Shown here in pieces: positions 59,927 to 64,000 of a stretch of 64,000 bases of DNA; position 1 is the stretch's first letter; each line of letters begins with the position of its first letter. The notes below the pieces were generated by a model. That model ran no database searches. It was given only the letters and a program-made list of their open reading frames with translations, and was not told where the DNA came from. Made by a program: the position numbers and the translations under genes. The DNA lies in assembly GCA_050613775.1 (NCBI GenBank), contig JBODTK010000152.1, positions 1 to 64,000 on the forward strand. The letters run 5' to 3'. Source of the DNA: Neocallimastix sp. 'constans'. Its lineage: Eukaryota.

Positions 59927-60775
59927 GGGTGGATTGTGCATTTCGAAAATTTTTATTACAAAAATTTGTATTTTGTTGTATGGCTTAAATATTTTTAATT
60001 TTAAGCCACTTAATTTTATTAAAATTTTAATGAATAATAATTAATTAATTAAATAAAATTACAATTCTCAAAAAACTTCAAACACGTAATCTTACGTGGG
60101 GCGTATATCTAATTGTATCATAATTTTGTGTCTTTTTTCTACAATTTTTAAAAAGCCATATATTCATAATATGGCGTGAATAATAATGTGGTGATATTTT
60201 ATGACGTTTTTTTAGTCATAATAAACGTTTGTCTTAATTATTTTTATTATCATTTAAAAATTTATTTATTCATTTATAATTTATTTATTTATTTATTACA
60301 TTATATGATATAAAACAAATATGTGTAGTAACATATTTGTATATTTAATATTAATTATTAAATATTAAATTTATATCTTTTTGATAATAATTATTTTATT
60401 TTATTTTATTTCAATATGTATTATTATAATTATAATAATTATAATACTTTAATTCATATAAATTAATATAATTCTATATATTAGAATATATAATTAATAT
60501 ATATCCTATTTCTTATAAATAGATTAGATTATTTATATTAGAAATAGAGGACTCTCTCTTGTAAATTTTTAGGAATCAGAATTATTATTTTAATTGTACG
60601 AATATTATAATTTTATTAATAAAATTTACTAAACTACCATTATTTTAAAAACCCACTGCTTATAAATTATTGCACATAAAAGTCCCGCATATCATATAAT
60701 ATGTCATGTTTTCCGAAATGCAATATAACAAAAAACAAATTTTTGTAATAAAAATTTTAGAAATGACACACCCCC
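59927..60775. mobile_element. MITE / non-autonomous DNA transposon with ~50-bp terminal inverted repeats and G-rich ends (Mutator-like)
   Basis: CATTTCGAAAATTTTTATTACAAAAATTTGTATTTTGTTGTAT (59939-59981) is the reverse complement of ~60723-60765 with 3 mismatches. Ends are GGG and CCCCC. No ORF and no clear TSD. Confidence 0.75.
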
Positions 60776-61809
60776 ATATATATATCTAGTGCGCTTCTAA
60801 TATGGCGTATTAATATGTGGCTTGTTTATAATGATTAAATAAATAATAATTAAATAAATAATAATTAAATAAATAATAACTATTCCTTTTTTATATATAT
60901 ATTTTATTAATATTCAATTATAAAAATAATTTTTTAAAAAAAATGATATAATTCTTTTTTAATAGAATATATTAATATTTCTTTTGAAATAATAATTATT
61001 TATATATTTATTTATGATTGTATAGAATATCTTAAAAACGTATGGCTTTATTTTAAAATAATTATAAGCCACATTACGAAATGAACGATCCCCATAAAAT
61101 TGACATAATTATAAACCATAAATTCCTGACTCTTTATATTTATTTATTTATATTTGTATTAAAAAATTTTAAAAAATATGGGGTTAAATTTCAACAATTT
61201 AAACGCCACATTGTAAAATACAACACATTCAAAGTATAAATATAATTTAAAATAAAAAATAAAACTAAACTATATATTTATTATTTATTTATTTATTCTT
61301 TATTCATTTATTAATTAATTTTTTATTTACATATTTATCTATTTATTCACTTAATTTTAAATCTATTTATTTATTTATTTATTATCTATTTATTTATTTA
61401 TCTATTTATTTATGTATATATCTATTTATTTATTTATGTATATATCTATTTTTTTATTAAAAACTGATATTGATGAAAAATGCAATATATTTTACATGGT
61501 GTATGATAATTGTTAAATAGATAATGAAATGAATAATAAGGTTCATTGTATTGTAGTTCTATGACTTTTTCTCATATAAACATTAATAAAAATAAAAATA
61601 AAATAATAAAATTATTAAAAATGAAAAAAAAAAAAAAAAAAAAAAAAATAAAATAAAATAAAATAAAATAAAGTAAAATTAAAAATAAAAATAAAAATAA
61701 AATATATATATATACTAAATCAAAGTTAAACAATATATAATTAATATTTGATCAAAAAAAAAAAAAAAAAAAAAAAGAATTGCAGATAAAAAAAGAAATA
61801 ATAATTACT

Positions 61810-61846
<37 letters not shown>

Positions 61847-61988
61847 TACTTTAAAGAAAATAATTAATTAAAAAAAGAAAATATAATATTAAAAAATTAA
61901 AAGTTAAAATAATAAAAATAAAAAAAAAATAAAAAATTATCATAGGATATATTTTATATATATTATTCAACTTTTATCATCAATTTAT

Positions 61989-64000
61989 TTAGTATTCATT
62001 AAAAATCTTCTCTGTTGGAAATTCTAAATTTTCATCATAGTTAATACCATCTGTTGAATTTTCAGTAGTATCATCATCAAATATTATAGTACTTGTGGAA
62101 TATTCTATATTATCATCATATACCTGTTCATTTTCATATTCTTCTATGTATTCTTCCCTTTTTTTCTTTAAAGCAATATCTTCTATTTTTCCCATTCTTA
62201 ATGGTGCAAATTTAGAACCTTTACTTTTATTATATGTTCCTTTATTTGATTCATATGCTTTATTTTTATTTCCATTATTATAATAACCCGATGTATTTTT
62301 CGTTTTTTCAGCCATTACAAGATCATCAATTGGTTCTCTATTATTATTTCCTTTATTCTTATACATGTATAAATCATCAATTGGTTCTTTGTTAACAGTT
62401 CCCTTACTTCTATTCATTGATAAATCATCAGTTGGTTCTTTAGTAGAACCATTACTATTTTTATGTATTGCTAAATCATCAATTATATCATTATTTGATG
62501 ATCCATTACTATTTCTACTAATGCCTAATTCTCCTGAATTATTGTTTCTATTATTGTTATTATTATTCGTGCTTTTATTAATAGCTAATCCATTATTATA
62601 ATAATTAGATTTCGAATTTGTACTACTTTTTCCCATTTTTAAAAGATTATTTCCGGATTTCACAGTTGTAAATCCTTTGTCTCTATACATAGCTAAATCA
62701 TCAATTGGTTCTTTATTAGTATTTCCTTTATTTCTAAACATACCAAGATCATCAATTGGTTCTTTATTAGTATTTCCTTTATTTCTAAACATACCAAGAT
62801 CATCAATTGGTTCTTTATTAGTATTTCCTTTATTTCTAAACATACCAAGTTCATCAATTGGTTCTTTATTGGTATTTCCTTTATTTCTAAACATAGCAAG
62901 GTCATCAATTGGTTCTTTGTTAGTATTTCCTTTATTTCTAAACATGCCTAGATCATCGATTGGTTCTTTATTGGTGCTTCCTTTATTTCTAAACATTGCT
63001 AAATCATCAATTGGTTCCTTGTTGGTATTTCCTTTATTTCTAAACATGCCTAGATCATCAATTGGTTCTTTATTAGTACTTCCTTTATTTCTAAACATAC
63101 CAAGATCATCAATTGGTTCTTTGTTATTGTTTCCTTTATTTCTAAACATAGCTAAATCATCAATTGGCTCTTTGTTGGTATTTCCTTTATTTCTAAACAT
63201 ACCAAGATCATCAATTGGTTCTTTATTATTATTTCCTTTATTTTTAAACATAGCTAAATCATCAATTGGTTCTTTATTAGTATTTCCTTTATTTTTAAAC
63301 ATGGCTAAATCATCAATTGGTTCTTTATTATTATTTCCTTTATTTCTAAACATGCCTAGATCATCGATTGGTTCTTTATTAGTACTTCCTTTATTTCTAA
63401 ACATAGCTAAATCATCAATTGGCTCTTTGTTGGTATTTCCTTTATTTCTAAACATGCCTAGATCATCGATTGGTTCTTTATTAGTACTTCCTTTGTTTCT
63501 AAACATTGCTAAATCATCAATTGGTTCCTTGTTGGTATTTCCTTTATTTCTAAACATGCCTAGATCATCAATTGGTTCTTTATTGGTATTTCCTTTATTT
63601 TTAAACATAGCTAAATCATCAATTGGTTCTTTATTATTATTTCCTTTATTTCTAAACATGCCAAGATCATCAATTGGTTCTTTATTATTATTTCCTTTAT
63701 TTCTAAACATTGCTAAATCATCAATTGGTTCTTTATTGTTATTTCCCTTATTTCTATACATAGCTAAATCATCAATTGGTTCTTTATTAGTACTTCCTTT
63801 ATTTCTAAACATACCAAGATCATCAATTGGTTCTTTGTTATTGTTTCCTTTATTTCTAAACATAGCTAAATCATCAATTGGCTCTTTGCTGGTATTTCCT
63901 TTATTTCTAAACATACCAAGATCATCAATTGGTTCTTTATTATTATTTCCTTTATTTTTAAACATAGCTAAATCATCAATTGGTTCTTTATTAGTATTTC
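61989..64000 (-). CDS. Tandem-repeat protein, 5'-incomplete: at least 25 copies of the 17-aa unit MF(R/K)NKG(N/S)(T/N)NKEPIDDL(G/A), then a basic/acidic tail
   Basis: The ORF is open to the window end. The 51-nt repeat spans 62691-64000 with mostly synonymous or conservative variation and no frameshifts. Confidence 0.85.
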   Translation of the reverse strand, partial: NTNKEPIDDLAMFKNKGNNNKEPIDDLGMFRNKGNTSKEPIDDLAMFRNKGNNNKEPIDDLGMFRNKGSTNKEPIDDLAMYRNKGNNNKEPIDDLAMFRNKGNNNKEPIDDLGMFRNKGNNNKEPIDDLAMFKNKGNTNKEPIDDLGMFRNKGNTNKEPIDDLAMFRNKGSTNKEPIDDLGMFRNKGNTNKEPIDDLAMFRNKGSTNKEPIDDLGMFRNKGNNNKEPIDDLAMFKNKGNTNKEPIDDLAMFKNKGNNNKEPIDDLGMFRNKGNTNKEPIDDLAMFRNKGNNNKEPIDDLGMFRNKGSTNKEPIDDLGMFRNKGNTNKEPIDDLAMFRNKGSTNKEPIDDLGMFRNKGNTNKEPIDDLAMFRNKGNTNKEPIDELGMFRNKGNTNKEPIDDLGMFRNKGNTNKEPIDDLGMFRNKGNTNKEPIDDLAMYRDKGFTTVKSGNNLLKMGKSSTNSKSNYYNNGLAINKSTNNNNNNRNNNSGELGISRNSNGSSNNDIIDDLAIHKNSNGSTKEPTDDLSMNRSKGTVNKEPIDDLYMYKNKGNNNREPIDDLVMAEKTKNTSGYYNNGNKNKAYESNKGTYNKSKGSKFAPLRMGKIEDIALKKKREEYIEEYENEQVYDDNIEYSTSTIIFDDDTTENSTDGINYDENLEFPTEKIFNEY

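Noticed and set aside
62691..64000. CRISPR-like array
   Set aside because: Units are contiguous 51-nt coding repeats without unique spacers, in a eukaryotic context with no cas genes.

Overview
Extremely AT-rich, intron-rich eukaryotic DNA with long microsatellites. The composition, the short GT-AG introns and a ciliary CFAP20DC gene fit a flagellated early-diverging fungus, most likely an anaerobic gut fungus (Neocallimastigomycota); this assignment is inference. Recognisable host genes are SRP72, a Scm3/HJURP-domain protein with a huge Asn-rich tail, EB1/BIM1, a CHORD-CS co-chaperone, CFAP20DC (C3orf67) and an atypical SDR. Unannotated genes are two small paralogous membrane-anchored proteins, a ~1,770-aa disordered protein with repeated [YM]xLRS motifs and a 17-aa tandem-repeat protein cut by the window end. 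The most structured region is a co-oriented nest of non-LTR retrotransposons at ~7.1-16.1 kb, where three target-site duplications can be read directly. They define a full-length 5.2-kb single-ORF element (structured 5' end, putative RRM-APE-RT-CCHC, one homopolymer frameshift) inserted in the 3' UTR of an older relative, plus a second truncated copy. There are also two short retroposed SINE-like inserts, a Mutator transposase remnant and a related MITE. All calls are from manual motif reading; no database searches were run.
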